From contig JBMNCQ010000004.1 in assembly GCA_049366715.1 (NCBI GenBank), positions 100,470-164,469 on the forward strand: a stretch of 64,000 bases of DNA, in the 5' to 3' direction. Of the stretch, positions 49,329 to 58,580 are shown piece by piece (position 1 is the stretch's first letter; every line of letters starts with the position of its first letter). The notes beneath the pieces are model-generated. The model ran no database searches. It was not told the DNA's origin and saw only the letters and a program-made list of their open reading frames with translations. The position numbers and the translations under genes were made by a program. The DNA is from Peptococcaceae bacterium (GTDB lineage: Bacteria; Bacillota; Peptococcia; Peptococcales; BICA1-8).

Positions 49329-50230
49329 ATTATCTGTATCTCCTTTTGGTCTTTATCTTTTTCCGCCAGAAGGTTCAGGAGCTTTTCTTCTTCCCCGGCC
49401 ATCATCTTATAACTGTGCTCCGGTCCCGGATATGTCCCGTCCTGACACTCTTTAATAAATCGTCCGGCTGCTTCAAGGATCACACTACGGATATCCGCAT
49501 ACTTTTTAACAAACTTGGGATTATGCTCATAGAAACCCAGCATGTCATACCAATTGATCATCGGACTGTCACTGTAAGGGCCGCAGCCTGTTCCGAGAAT
49601 GGGAATACTACTCCGCTCATAAATTATTTTTCCTACTTCAGCCGGTACGGCTTCAATCACTACCGCGATCGCGCCGGCTTCTTCAAATGCCGCAACAACC
49701 TCTATCAGTTTAAGGGCAAGCTCCGCACTTCTTCCTTGCGCTTTAAACCCACCCAGCATTAATGCACTCTGGGGTGTTAAGCCAGTATGGGCAATGACCG
49801 GAATACCTGCTTTGGTCAGAGCCTCAATAACGGGAACTATTTCTAATCCTCCTTCGATCTTTACACAATCCATATCTGCTTCACGGATATAGCGCCCGGC
49901 ATTGTGAACCGCTTCTGCGATAGAAGCCTGATAGGTCATAAAAGGCATGTCTCCCATGATAAAAGCTGAGGGGGCACCTTTGCGTACCGCTTTAGCATGT
50001 TCGATCATGATATCAAGGTCAGCTTTTGTTGTAGATGCATAACCAAATGTAATATTGGCGATAGAGTCACCCATGTTAATGATTTCGATACCTGCTTCTT
50101 CGGCAAGTACTGCCATCGGATAATCATACAATGCGGTCCTGGATAATTTTTCGCCTTTGGCCTTTTTCTCCAGGATGTATCCAATTGTAACCTTTTTTCT
50201 TGGTGTTTTTGCTTCTTCTAAATAGGCCAT
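49325..50230 (-). CDS. PanB-like 3-methyl-2-oxobutanoate hydroxymethyltransferase-family enzyme
   Basis: Aligns along its length with E. coli PanB (..MGDS..KGAP..GDMPFMTY..VKIEGG..GLTPQS...GGFKAQGR..IPILGTGCG..YPGPEHSY). No panC, panD or panE nearby. Confidence 0.8.
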   Translation of the reverse strand: MAYLEEAKTPRKKVTIGYILEKKAKGEKLSRTALYDYPMAVLAEEAGIEIINMGDSIANITFGYASTTKADLDIMIEHAKAVRKGAPSAFIMGDMPFMTYQASIAEAVHNAGRYIREADMDCVKIEGGLEIVPVIEALTKAGIPVIAHTGLTPQSALMLGGFKAQGRSAELALKLIEVVAAFEEAGAIAVVIEAVPAEVGKIIYERSSIPILGTGCGPYSDSPMINWYDMLGFYEHNPKFVKKYADIRSVILEAAGRFIKECQDGTYPGPEHSYKMMAGEEEKLLNLLAEKDKDQKEIQII

Positions 50231-50268
50231 TGTTTATTTCCTCCTTATGGTTTTCTGGCTTTGAACAA

Positions 50269-51042
50269 TTACCATTCTTCAGGGGGGAGAATATCTTTTA
50301 AACTTTCGTAAGATTTTCCCTGGGCAATTGCATCAACCAAAACTTCTTCCCGTTTGGCATCTTGAAGCAGTCTCTCCAGCACTGCTTCAACCTGATCATA
50401 GGGAATAAAACAAACACCATTGTCATCAGCTACCACTAAATCTCCGGGATTTACAGATACACCGCCGCAGGCAATAGGTCCATTTATCTCTATCGTTCCT
50501 ACCCGGTGCCTCCCGGTTATAGGAGTTACGCCTCTGCTCCAAACTCCGAATCCTAATCTTCTCATTAAGCCTGTATCCCTGACTCCTCCGTCGACAATAC
50601 AAGCGGCTACTCCCGAATTAACGGCATATTGAGTAGAAAGGCCACCCATCGTGGAAATTTCACTCCTGCCGCCATTATCAAAAACAACGATATCCCCGGC
50701 CCGGGCTATTGCATATGCGTCTTTATCACCCAATTTAGCTTTTTTAGATGTTTGCAAAGCTTCCTTGGGCACGACCTCCTCCGGAATATATCTGATTGTT
50801 ATGGCCGGACCTGCAACGACTTTTCCGGAGCAAACCGGTTTAAGAACAGAGGCCGGTACCGTCCTGGCTATTCCTAAATCATCTAGAATATCAGAAATTG
50901 AAGGAGTAGGGTCTTCAATAGCCATAAAGCTTTTAATAATTTCTTTTGCTGGTCTGGGAAAGCTTATTTTCACAAAATTTTCCTTGTCTACTACGCCGGC
51001 AAGCTTGTGCTCAACTTCTTTCCATTCGTCCGCTTTTATCAA
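50269..51042 (-). CDS. RraA-like / class II HMG-CHA aldolase-oxaloacetate decarboxylase family protein
   Basis: GDIVVFDNGG..STMGGLSTQYAVNSGVAACIVDGGVRD motif. Start set to the TTG at 51042, after GAGGAGG. Confidence 0.7.
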   Translation of the reverse strand: MIKADEWKEVEHKLAGVVDKENFVKISFPRPAKEIIKSFMAIEDPTPSISDILDDLGIARTVPASVLKPVCSGKVVAGPAITIRYIPEEVVPKEALQTSKKAKLGDKDAYAIARAGDIVVFDNGGRSEISTMGGLSTQYAVNSGVAACIVDGGVRDTGLMRRLGFGVWSRGVTPITGRHRVGTIEINGPIACGGVSVNPGDLVVADDNGVCFIPYDQVEAVLERLLQDAKREEVLVDAIAQGKSYESLKDILPPEEW

Positions 51043-51112
51043 AATTAATCCTCCTCTCAATCAACCTATTTTTTTTGACATTTAAAGTATAGTCCAAACT
51101 TAAAACAACAGA

Positions 51113-51151
51113 TATCGATTTGTTGAGTTCTTATTTGTATATCTTGCTATG
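51113..51151 (+). repeat. 39-bp direct repeat copy 1 (TATCGATTTGTTGAGTTCTTATTTGTATATCTTGCTATG)
   Basis: 36 of 39 positions identical to 55539-55577. Lies 71-109 bp upstream of the RraA-like start. Confidence 0.85.
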
Positions 51152-51416
51152 TATCGTCAACCGACCAAGGGGAATTCTGAATGCCAATATTTCCCTGCAT
51201 AACTGCACCTTAATTAGTCTCATTACTCATGAGCTAAAAAAGCGGTCCGGAATTTTATCCGGGCCGCCATAGGTTACGGAAATCATTGCTGCTGTTTCAT
51301 TATGGAATTCTCCACCAGCACTATTTAAAGCCAAAATCCGGCAGAGTTGTCTGACGTTTAAAAAGAATCGGGTGAATATGCTTTGCATCTTCCGAGTAGA
51401 AATCCCGGGCAGAATT

Positions 51417-52178
51417 TTACAACACCGGATAAACTTTATTTTCGAGGACTTTGTCGTCATGACTGGGGATAACTGTAGCATGATAAGACTTCATTTTTTG
51501 AATGCTCTCATAATATTTCGCCATATCCAGACACAGACCGCTGATTACGAAATCATCTCCCGGGCAGTTATCGTACAGCGGAACGGCATCGGATGCCAGT
51601 AAATGAGGACCCTTTTCCGTATCCACAACGACACCCTGTAATCCCAAAGTATGACCTGGGATATGAATCAACTTAATGCCTTCCATTAATTCATAATCAC
51701 CGTCAATGTACTTCCAGCGGGTATCTTGCCGCGCCCACGGCGGAACAACACCCGTAGCGAAGGCCTCATATGTTATCATGAATCTGGGGAGAGGATCAAC
51801 TGCTCCTAACATTTCGCTTCTCTGAACATAGAAATCTGCCTGGGGGAACAAATGATTATTGTAACAATGATCCCAATGCAGATGGGTCATGATTACCGTG
51901 TCAATTTCTGCGCATTTCACCCCCAGGGCTGCCAGGGCCCGGCCGGGTTCTTCCTCGGGAGATCTGGTGCTCGGCCCGTGAAAACTGACCTTCATGGATT
52001 CCGTATCAGGGTCGCCACAACCGGTATCGACCAGAATCTTTTTCCCCTTTCCTTCAATCAAAAAAATCAAAACAGGAAAATCTTCTTTTTCCTTGTAATG
52101 ATCCTGATTAGATGAAAATGCACCCCGATAATATAAAATACTTCCCACTTTTATCGGTTTGATTGTATAATTCGCCAT
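51417..52178 (-). CDS. Metallo-beta-lactamase-fold hydrolase (lactonase-like)
   Basis: HLHWDH (HxHxDH) motif, plus downstream HIPGHT and the Asp in LLASDAV. Confidence 0.8.
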   Translation of the reverse strand: MANYTIKPIKVGSILYYRGAFSSNQDHYKEKEDFPVLIFLIEGKGKKILVDTGCGDPDTESMKVSFHGPSTRSPEEEPGRALAALGVKCAEIDTVIMTHLHWDHCYNNHLFPQADFYVQRSEMLGAVDPLPRFMITYEAFATGVVPPWARQDTRWKYIDGDYELMEGIKLIHIPGHTLGLQGVVVDTEKGPHLLASDAVPLYDNCPGDDFVISGLCLDMAKYYESIQKMKSYHATVIPSHDDKVLENKVYPVL

Positions 52179-52208
52179 ATTTTATTCTCCTTTCCGGTAT
52201 GAATTGTA

Positions 52209-53513
52209 TTAAATGAACATAGTTGATAAAAAAGGAATAAATGTGATCAATAAGATACCGATTATCCCGGAAATTACAAAAGGAATGATGCGTTTAAATA
52301 CAGAATCTACCGTCAAGCTTGACATGCCGGCAGAAAGAAAAACATTAGCACCAAAAGGCGGGGTGTACATGCCGATTGCCAGATTTGTACATGTAATGAC
52401 GCCGAAATGAACCAGATCAACTCCGAATTTAGCGGCAACGGGGTAAATCAACGGTACTACTAACAAAATAATCGAGCTTGTTTCCATCAGCATACCGGCA
52501 ATAAGGTATAACACATTCATCATTAGCAGAAATACAAATTGATTTGGGGAAACAGTTATAAACCATTCCGATACCATTTTGGGAATATGCAGCGTTGTCA
52601 TGACCCAGCCAAAGAAACTTGCGGTACCAATCAGGAACATGATTACGGCACTTGTCACCGCAGAATTCTTCAGTGCATTCCAGATCGTCTTGAAAGTCAG
52701 CTCCTTATACCAGAATACCCCGACAATAATGGCATAAATTGAAGCGATTACAGCCGACTCAGTGGGAGTAAATAAACCGGAATAAATTCCGCCCAGTACA
52801 ATAACCGGTGTTAAAATTGCCGGTATACCGTCTATCAAGGTCTTTTTCACGTCCACTTTTTCCCTTTCCTTTTCCTTTTCAAGAGCCATTCCATTTCTGA
52901 TAATGATAAACTGAGAAGTACCCATATAAATTATCGACATTAAAAACCCCGGAATAATTATCGCCATAAATAATTTGCCCACAGAGGCACCTGTTAAGGT
53001 CCCATATAAAATTAATGGAATCGAAGGGGGAATCATCAGACCTAAAGTGCCGCTGCAGGCAACAATTGCAGAAGCAAAAGGCGGATCATAATCATTATTT
53101 TTCGTCATTTCCGGATACAAAATGCCTCCTACTGCTGCAGAAGTAGCAAGGGCGGAACCGGAAATGGCACCAAAAAAAGCACTGGAAGAAAAACAAATTA
53201 ACGAAAGATTGCCGCGAAATCTACCGAAAAATAATTTGGCGATATTGATTAGCCTACGGGAGATACCTCCCTGCATCATTAAATCTCCGGCCATGATAAA
53301 AAAAACAATGGCCAGCAAGGGAAAGGAGTTGATTGCGGTAAATACTCGTTGTGGAAAAACCATTAAAGGAATATTATTATCAGTTATTAATACAATAACG
53401 CCGGCAGCCCCCAATGCATATGCAATGGGAAGTCCGATTACGATCAACGCCACAGCGCTTATACATAAAATTGCTCCTAAAGAAACCAAATACATCGCCT
53501 CCATTGTGGTCAA
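52209..53513 (-). CDS. dctM: TRAP transporter large permease
   Basis: 434 aa, polytopic, a paralog of the protein encoded at 15255-16550. Confidence 0.9.
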   Translation of the reverse strand: MTTMEAMYLVSLGAILCISAVALIVIGLPIAYALGAAGVIVLITDNNIPLMVFPQRVFTAINSFPLLAIVFFIMAGDLMMQGGISRRLINIAKLFFGRFRGNLSLICFSSSAFFGAISGSALATSAAVGGILYPEMTKNNDYDPPFASAIVACSGTLGLMIPPSIPLILYGTLTGASVGKLFMAIIIPGFLMSIIYMGTSQFIIIRNGMALEKEKEREKVDVKKTLIDGIPAILTPVIVLGGIYSGLFTPTESAVIASIYAIIVGVFWYKELTFKTIWNALKNSAVTSAVIMFLIGTASFFGWVMTTLHIPKMVSEWFITVSPNQFVFLLMMNVLYLIAGMLMETSSIILLVVPLIYPVAAKFGVDLVHFGVITCTNLAIGMYTPPFGANVFLSAGMSSLTVDSVFKRIIPFVISGIIGILLITFIPFLSTMFI

Positions 53514-53543
53514 TAACCCCTAATGTAATAGCTCAAATCATGC

Positions 53544-54038
53544 TTATTGCAGACTTTTGTCTTTTTCCATTTTGAAATAAGTATGAATTTCATCAAATGT
53601 ATATATAAGAGCTAAAACACTGCCCACGGGCAAAGCCAAATAGACAATACCCATCTTCAGAAATTTCATAGATGCGGATACCTGCCCCATCGTTTTCATT
53701 GACAACTCCCAGCCATATATGGCCAGAATAACAAATAATCCGATTTGAATAATAAAATTAATGATGACCAGAATATTCTTCAGCACTTCACTTTTCTTAG
53801 CTATAAATTCCGTGAAACTGCTCACGACGGCGAGTGCCTTCACCCGGATACCCATGCAGATGCCTAACATAGTGGCCCAAATATATAAATAACGGAGCAA
53901 TTCTTCAGACCAGGATAATGAGTTTGACAAAAGGTATCTCCAAAACACCTGCATACCGCCGACAACAAGCATTACTACTAAAATCATCACTAATATTGCA
54001 TAAATTAACGTATCTAAATATTTATAGCACCGCTCCAT
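53544..54038 (-). CDS. dctQ: TRAP transporter small permease
   Basis: 164 aa with 4 TM segments. Confidence 0.85.
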   Translation of the reverse strand: MERCYKYLDTLIYAILVMILVVMLVVGGMQVFWRYLLSNSLSWSEELLRYLYIWATMLGICMGIRVKALAVVSSFTEFIAKKSEVLKNILVIINFIIQIGLFVILAIYGWELSMKTMGQVSASMKFLKMGIVYLALPVGSVLALIYTFDEIHTYFKMEKDKSLQ

Positions 54039-54130
54039 TGGCAGTCACAAACCTCCTTAATTATAATGAAGACATACCGACATCAGAAGACCGCCGGTAT
54101 GTCATTAACAAATGACCTCTTAGCTGAATC

Positions 54131-55138
54131 CTATTTCGACAGGGCCCTGATCTCGTCCAGCTTATCTCCATATTCAGCTTTGTATTTCTCATACACAGGC
54201 TGAACAGCTTCGGTAAAGCTGGTCTTGTCCGGATAATTAACAGTCATGCCGGCCGCCTCCATAGCAGCAACGTCGGCATTAACTTTTCTTGCTTCCTCCC
54301 GCTGGTAAATTTTCGCTTTATCGGCAGCATCCAGCAAAATCCCCTGATCTTCTTCAGACAGAGAATTAAATAGCTCGGCATTAATCAGCAGCTCGGCAGG
54401 AGCATAAAGGTGCTCGGTCATAGCAAGATATTTATTAACTTCGAAAATCTTACCGTCGCGTACTGCCATCAGCGGGTTTTCCTGTCCGTCGATGGTACCC
54501 TGGGATAAAGCTGTATATACTTCCCCCCAGGACATAGGTGTTGCATTTGCCCCCATAGCGTTGAAAGCTGCGATATGAATCTCACTTTCCATAGTACGAA
54601 TCTTCATATTTTCCAAATCTGCCACCGTATTGATCGGTTTATTGGAGGTCATATTTCTGAACCCGTTTTCAAAATATGCCAAACCCACAATACCGATATC
54701 ATTCAATTCATCCAAAAGGGATTTGCCGATCTCACCGTCAAGAACAGCCGCCACATGATCGAAGTCCCTGAACATATACGGGAATTCAAACACACTAAAG
54801 TTTTTCGAGAAATTAGTCAGAGGTGCGTTAGTAGTAATACACATATCTATGGTTCCTATTCCGGTTCCCTCAACCAGGTCACGTTCTTGCCCAAGAGTAC
54901 CGGCAGGGTAAATTTCAACTTGTATTCTTGAATCCGTTGCTTCTTCCACTAATTCTTTGAAACGAACGGCACCTAGATGATAGGGATGAGCTTCAGTCTG
55001 GCCATGCCCAAGTTTAATAACAACGGCCTCGCTCTCAGTCTTATCTGCAGCTGGAGTAGGTTCAGATTTCGAACTGCAGCCGGTAAAAATTGTTAATATG
55101 AACACCAAAATTAATATTATTGCACTCAATCTCTTCAT
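54131..55138 (-). CDS. dctP: TRAP transporter solute-binding lipoprotein
   Basis: Lipobox IFTGCSSKS and a DctP-family body. Confidence 0.9.
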   Translation of the reverse strand: MKRLSAIILILVFILTIFTGCSSKSEPTPAADKTESEAVVIKLGHGQTEAHPYHLGAVRFKELVEEATDSRIQVEIYPAGTLGQERDLVEGTGIGTIDMCITTNAPLTNFSKNFSVFEFPYMFRDFDHVAAVLDGEIGKSLLDELNDIGIVGLAYFENGFRNMTSNKPINTVADLENMKIRTMESEIHIAAFNAMGANATPMSWGEVYTALSQGTIDGQENPLMAVRDGKIFEVNKYLAMTEHLYAPAELLINAELFNSLSEEDQGILLDAADKAKIYQREEARKVNADVAAMEAAGMTVNYPDKTSFTEAVQPVYEKYKAEYGDKLDEIRALSK

Positions 55139-55538
55139 TAAAATTTCCTCCCCTTTTAATTTGCCTTACTTTTAGCCTCATGCATCATTGTCTAGAAAAA
55201 CTTGTAATGCAAAATGACTTTTAAGTCTTTCTTATAGAAGAATACGCGCCACCACCTCCTAAATACTATAATATTGTCGTAACAACAGGCGCTCAGCACC
55301 TGTTTCTTATATCCACTAAAAGCACACTCAGCATATTTTTCAAAACTAAATCATCATAACCGTTATCTCAAGAAAACACGTTAAATCGGTAATGTGAAAA
55401 TCTAATTTTTCTCTACATACTTTATAGTTAAAATCAGAACTTTCGATAAAATTTGCTCAATTTTATGGAACAAATCCTCTAAAAGGAAGTCTGAGATGAG
55501 TCCGTATTCTAAGTATAAGGCAAATTATATGGATCAAC

Positions 55539-55577
55539 TATCGATTTGTTGAGATATTATTTGTATATCTTGCTATG
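55539..55577 (+). repeat. 39-bp direct repeat copy 2
   Basis: TATCGATTTGTTGAGATATTATTTGTATATCTTGCTATG, 401-439 bp upstream of the second dctP start. Confidence 0.85.
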
Positions 55578-55653
55578 GATATTATGGATATTACGGATAT
55601 GGATATCGCGGAAGCATAGGCGAAGCATGGGGAAGCATGGGGAAGCATGGGGG

Positions 55654-55682
55654 GGAAGCATGGGGACGGTTCTTTTGCTTCC
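55654..55682 (+). repeat. Hairpin repeat copy E (class 2): GGAAGCA-tGGGGACGGTTCTtt-TGCTTCC
   Basis: 7-bp arms around the invariant core. Preceded by about four tandem GAAGCATGGGG units (55617-55665). Confidence 0.85.
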
Positions 55683-55856
55683 TCTCCCCCAAAACCGTCC
55701 TGATCCTCGAAGGCCACCGGAGGATCTCAGCCGCTAAAATTCCGTTAGAAATCTTTTTTAAGCCTATCTTAAACTGTTTAATTATTATAACACTCTAATT
55801 ATTCAGAGGCATTTAGCAGCACTTTCCTCCCTGCCGTCAAGCCCTTGATACAAATT

Positions 55857-55902
55857 AAGCACAAGCAGACAACCCCTTCCCGGACTTGTTTGCTTGTGCT
55901 TC
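55857..55902 (-). terminator. Stem-loop downstream of sstT (weak terminator)
   Basis: AAGCACAAGCA..N..TGCTTGTGCTT stem 80 bp past the stop. The U-tract is poor. Confidence 0.4.
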
Positions 55903-55981
55903 TATCGTATAATATTAATTTGTTATTATATCAGCCTAATTATAGAAATAAAGAAAATCAAGGAAGCAGCATAAATTCATT

Positions 55982-57214
55982 CTATTTCCTGATAATAATT
56001 TCTCTGCCTTCTTTACGCCATTGGGCAAATTCAGCTACTGCCGTAAAAAGCACATCTGTGGATGAGTTAAGGGCTGTTTCACAGGAATCCTGTACAACCC
56101 CTATGATAAATCCCACTCCAACTACCTTCATTGCAATGTCATTGGGAATGCCAAATAAACTACACGCCAGGGGGATCAATAATAGTGACCCCCCGGCTAC
56201 TCCGGAAGCGCCGCAAGCACTTATGGCCGCCATGATACTGAGGATTAGCGCTGTAGCCATATCTACTTCAATACCTAAGGTATTAACCGCTGCGAGGGTC
56301 AAAATAGTAATTGTAATAGCCGCACCGGCCATATTAATGGTAGCCCCTAATGGGATAGATACAGAATAAGTATCTTTATCTAACCCCAGTTTTTCACATA
56401 AACTCATATTCACAGGAATATTTGCCGCCGAACTACGGGTAAAAAATGCAGTAATCCCACTTTCCCTTAAACACTTAAATACAAGGGGATACGGGTTTTG
56501 CCGGATATTTATCAATGCTATAATCGGATTGACAATAAGTGCCATAAAAAACATTGTTCCGACCAAAACGGTAAGTAACTGTCCGTAGCTAAGTAAAGAT
56601 TGTATTCCATTGGTAGCAATAGCTTCAAATACCAGCCCCATAATTCCTAGCGGGGCCAGGCTGATAACCCATCTAACCATTTGGGATAATGCTCCTGAGA
56701 AATCAGCTATCATTGTCTTTGTAGAATCAGGTGCCGACCTTAATGCAAGACCCAAAAGTACCGCCCAGGACAATATTCCAATATAATTAGCATTATAAAG
56801 TGCTTTAACAGGGTTATCAACGATATTCAGCAGCAATGTCTTGAGAACCTCGGCTACACCTCCGGGAGGAGTCATATTCTCTGCCCCTGCGGTAAGTGTT
56901 AAGCTTACCGGGAACATAAAACTTGTCACGATTGCTGTCAGGGCAGCCAAAAATGTTCCTAGCAAATAGAGTAGGATAATGGATTTCATATTCGTTTGCT
57001 GACCACTCTGGTGCTGAGAAATAGCCGACATAACCAGAAAGAACACCAGTATAGGGGCAATTGCTTTTAAAGCGCCTACAAATAAAGAACCTAGAATAAC
57101 GATAGGCCTTGCCATATCCGGAATTGTCACAGCTAAAATAATCCCTATAATCAAACCTACAATTATTCGTTTCACTAAGCTCAGTTGATTCCACCTCTGC
57201 AATAATTTAATCAA
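55982..57214 (-). CDS. sstT: Serine/threonine:Na+ symporter SstT (DAACS family)
   Basis: Near-colinear with E. coli SstT ([89 protein letters not shown]). Confidence 0.95.
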   Translation of the reverse strand: MIKLLQRWNQLSLVKRIIVGLIIGIILAVTIPDMARPIVILGSLFVGALKAIAPILVFFLVMSAISQHQSGQQTNMKSIILLYLLGTFLAALTAIVTSFMFPVSLTLTAGAENMTPPGGVAEVLKTLLLNIVDNPVKALYNANYIGILSWAVLLGLALRSAPDSTKTMIADFSGALSQMVRWVISLAPLGIMGLVFEAIATNGIQSLLSYGQLLTVLVGTMFFMALIVNPIIALINIRQNPYPLVFKCLRESGITAFFTRSSAANIPVNMSLCEKLGLDKDTYSVSIPLGATINMAGAAITITILTLAAVNTLGIEVDMATALILSIMAAISACGASGVAGGSLLLIPLACSLFGIPNDIAMKVVGVGFIIGVVQDSCETALNSSTDVLFTAVAEFAQWRKEGREIIIRK

Positions 57215-57455
57215 ATTTTATCTTCCTCCCATAGATATAATAGAAAAATTTTTTCGGCCGACTAATAATATTTAGTCTGCACCAAGTACAATTTTACCAT
57301 TAACCCTCATCAACATGAAACAATAAAATATCAAAAACAAGTAAAAAAATATGCCAAATTTTTCTATAGACATCCACGTTCTGGTTTAGAAAAAGCTCCT
57401 AAAAAAAAACAAGGCCGCACTACGCAGCCTGCTTATTTATAATATTTACCGTTTA

Positions 57456-57475
57456 GGAAGCAGAAGAACCGTCCC
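57456..57475 (-). repeat. Hairpin repeat copy F (class 2, inverted; left arm decayed)
   Basis: GGAAGCA-gaAGAACCGTCCCC. The reverse complement carries the intact core plus the TGCTTCC arm, while the opposite arm is degenerate. Confidence 0.75.
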
Positions 57476-57497
57476 CGCGCATCTGCCGTCCTTTAAT

Positions 57498-57851
57498 CTA
57501 CCAGCCTCCTGTTTTCTTCATATATTTAACATATTCTTTATATTCATTACCCCACTGGGCTAAGCCTTCGATAACCGGCAGCAGCTTTATGCCAATTTCC
57601 GTTAATGAATACTCTACCTTAGGAGGAACTTCCGGGTATACCTTCCGCTTTATAAGGTGATAACTTTCGAGACTTCGCAGTTCTTTTGTCAAAGTGGATT
57701 GCGTCATGCTCGGCATTAAGCGGTTTAGTTCTCCGAAGCGCAGAATTCCCTTACTCAGGTGATATAATATCAGGATGGTCCACTTACCGCCAATTATTTT
57801 CTGGGCTGTTGAAACAGGACAATTTATAAATCCATCGTTATTATGCTTCAT
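57498..57851 (-). CDS. HxlR-family transcriptional regulator
   Basis: CPVSTAQKIIGGKWTILILYHL..FGELNRLMPSMTQSTLTKELRSLE..PPKVEYSLTEIG. Confidence 0.9.
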   Translation of the reverse strand: MKHNNDGFINCPVSTAQKIIGGKWTILILYHLSKGILRFGELNRLMPSMTQSTLTKELRSLESYHLIKRKVYPEVPPKVEYSLTEIGIKLLPVIEGLAQWGNEYKEYVKYMKKTGGW

Positions 57852-57980
57852 TGTTTCCTACCTCCATACTATCTTTCTTGATAGTATCTATCAAAAATAA
57901 CTATACTTGACACATTGATTGTAACATCATAAGTTATATGCGTAAATAAATTTATCATAAATTAGAAAGAAGGTTATAAA

Positions 57981-58379
57981 GTGGAGAAAATTATTAATTT
58001 TCTAAAAGAAAACCCCGTATTCTATTTTGCGACTGTAGATGGTAACAAACCTAAAGTTAGACCCTTTGGTTTTTTTATGGAATATAATGGGAAGCTGTAC
58101 TTTGGGATGGGCAAACATAAACAATCTTATCAGCAGGTTGTTACAAACCCCCATGTAGAAATATGTACTGCAAATGCCAAAGGACAGTGGATTAGGATTA
58201 GCGGGGTCGCTGTATTTGACGACAGTACAGAAACAATGGCTAAGGTATTCGAGACAATGCCCAGTTTAAAAGATATTTATAATGAGAAAAGCGGCTTAAT
58301 TCTTGGTAATTTTTATCTGGAGAGCGGAGTCGCCGAATTAGCCGATATCGCAGGTAATTTTGAAAAAATTAATTTTTAA
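57981..58379 (+). CDS. Pyridoxamine-5'-phosphate-oxidase-like FMN-binding split-barrel protein
   Basis: 132 aa with a GTG start, divergent from the HxlR gene, which is a common pairing. FYFATVDGNKPKVRPFGF pattern. Confidence 0.7.
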   Translation: MEKIINFLKENPVFYFATVDGNKPKVRPFGFFMEYNGKLYFGMGKHKQSYQQVVTNPHVEICTANAKGQWIRISGVAVFDDSTETMAKVFETMPSLKDIYNEKSGLILGNFYLESGVAELADIAGNFEKINF

Positions 58380-58500
58380 AGCTAATTATACATATTCTTT
58401 ATTTATCTAAACTTAAGTTTTATACCATCACAAATAACCCAAATAAACAAATCAACCGAACACTCCAAATTTATCCAGCCATCATAGTTATGATAAAGGA

Positions 58501-58530
58501 TACTCCGGATGATACCATTCATCCGGAGTA
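58501..58530. terminator. Perfect 11-bp stem-loop TACTCCGGATG-N8-CATCCGGAGTA between convergent genes
   Basis: Perfect inverted repeat. No strong U-tract on either strand. Confidence 0.45.
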
Positions 58531-58539
58531 TCTCTTAAA

Positions 58540-58566
58540 GAAGCAAGGGGACGGTTCTCCTGCTTC
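58540..58566 (+). repeat. Hairpin repeat copy G (class 2): GAAGCA-aGGGGACGGTTCTcc-TGCTTC
   Basis: 6-7 bp arms around the invariant core. Confidence 0.85.
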
Positions 58567-58580
58567 CATTCCCTTTCTCG

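Noticed and set aside
55546-55737. 63-aa ORF, and possible CRISPR-like periodicity in GGATATTATGGATATTACGGATATGGATATCG / GAAGCATGGGG x4.
   Set aside because: The repeats are contiguous 8-11-nt units with no spacers, and there are no cas genes. The ORF is a translation of tandem repeats plus hairpin E.
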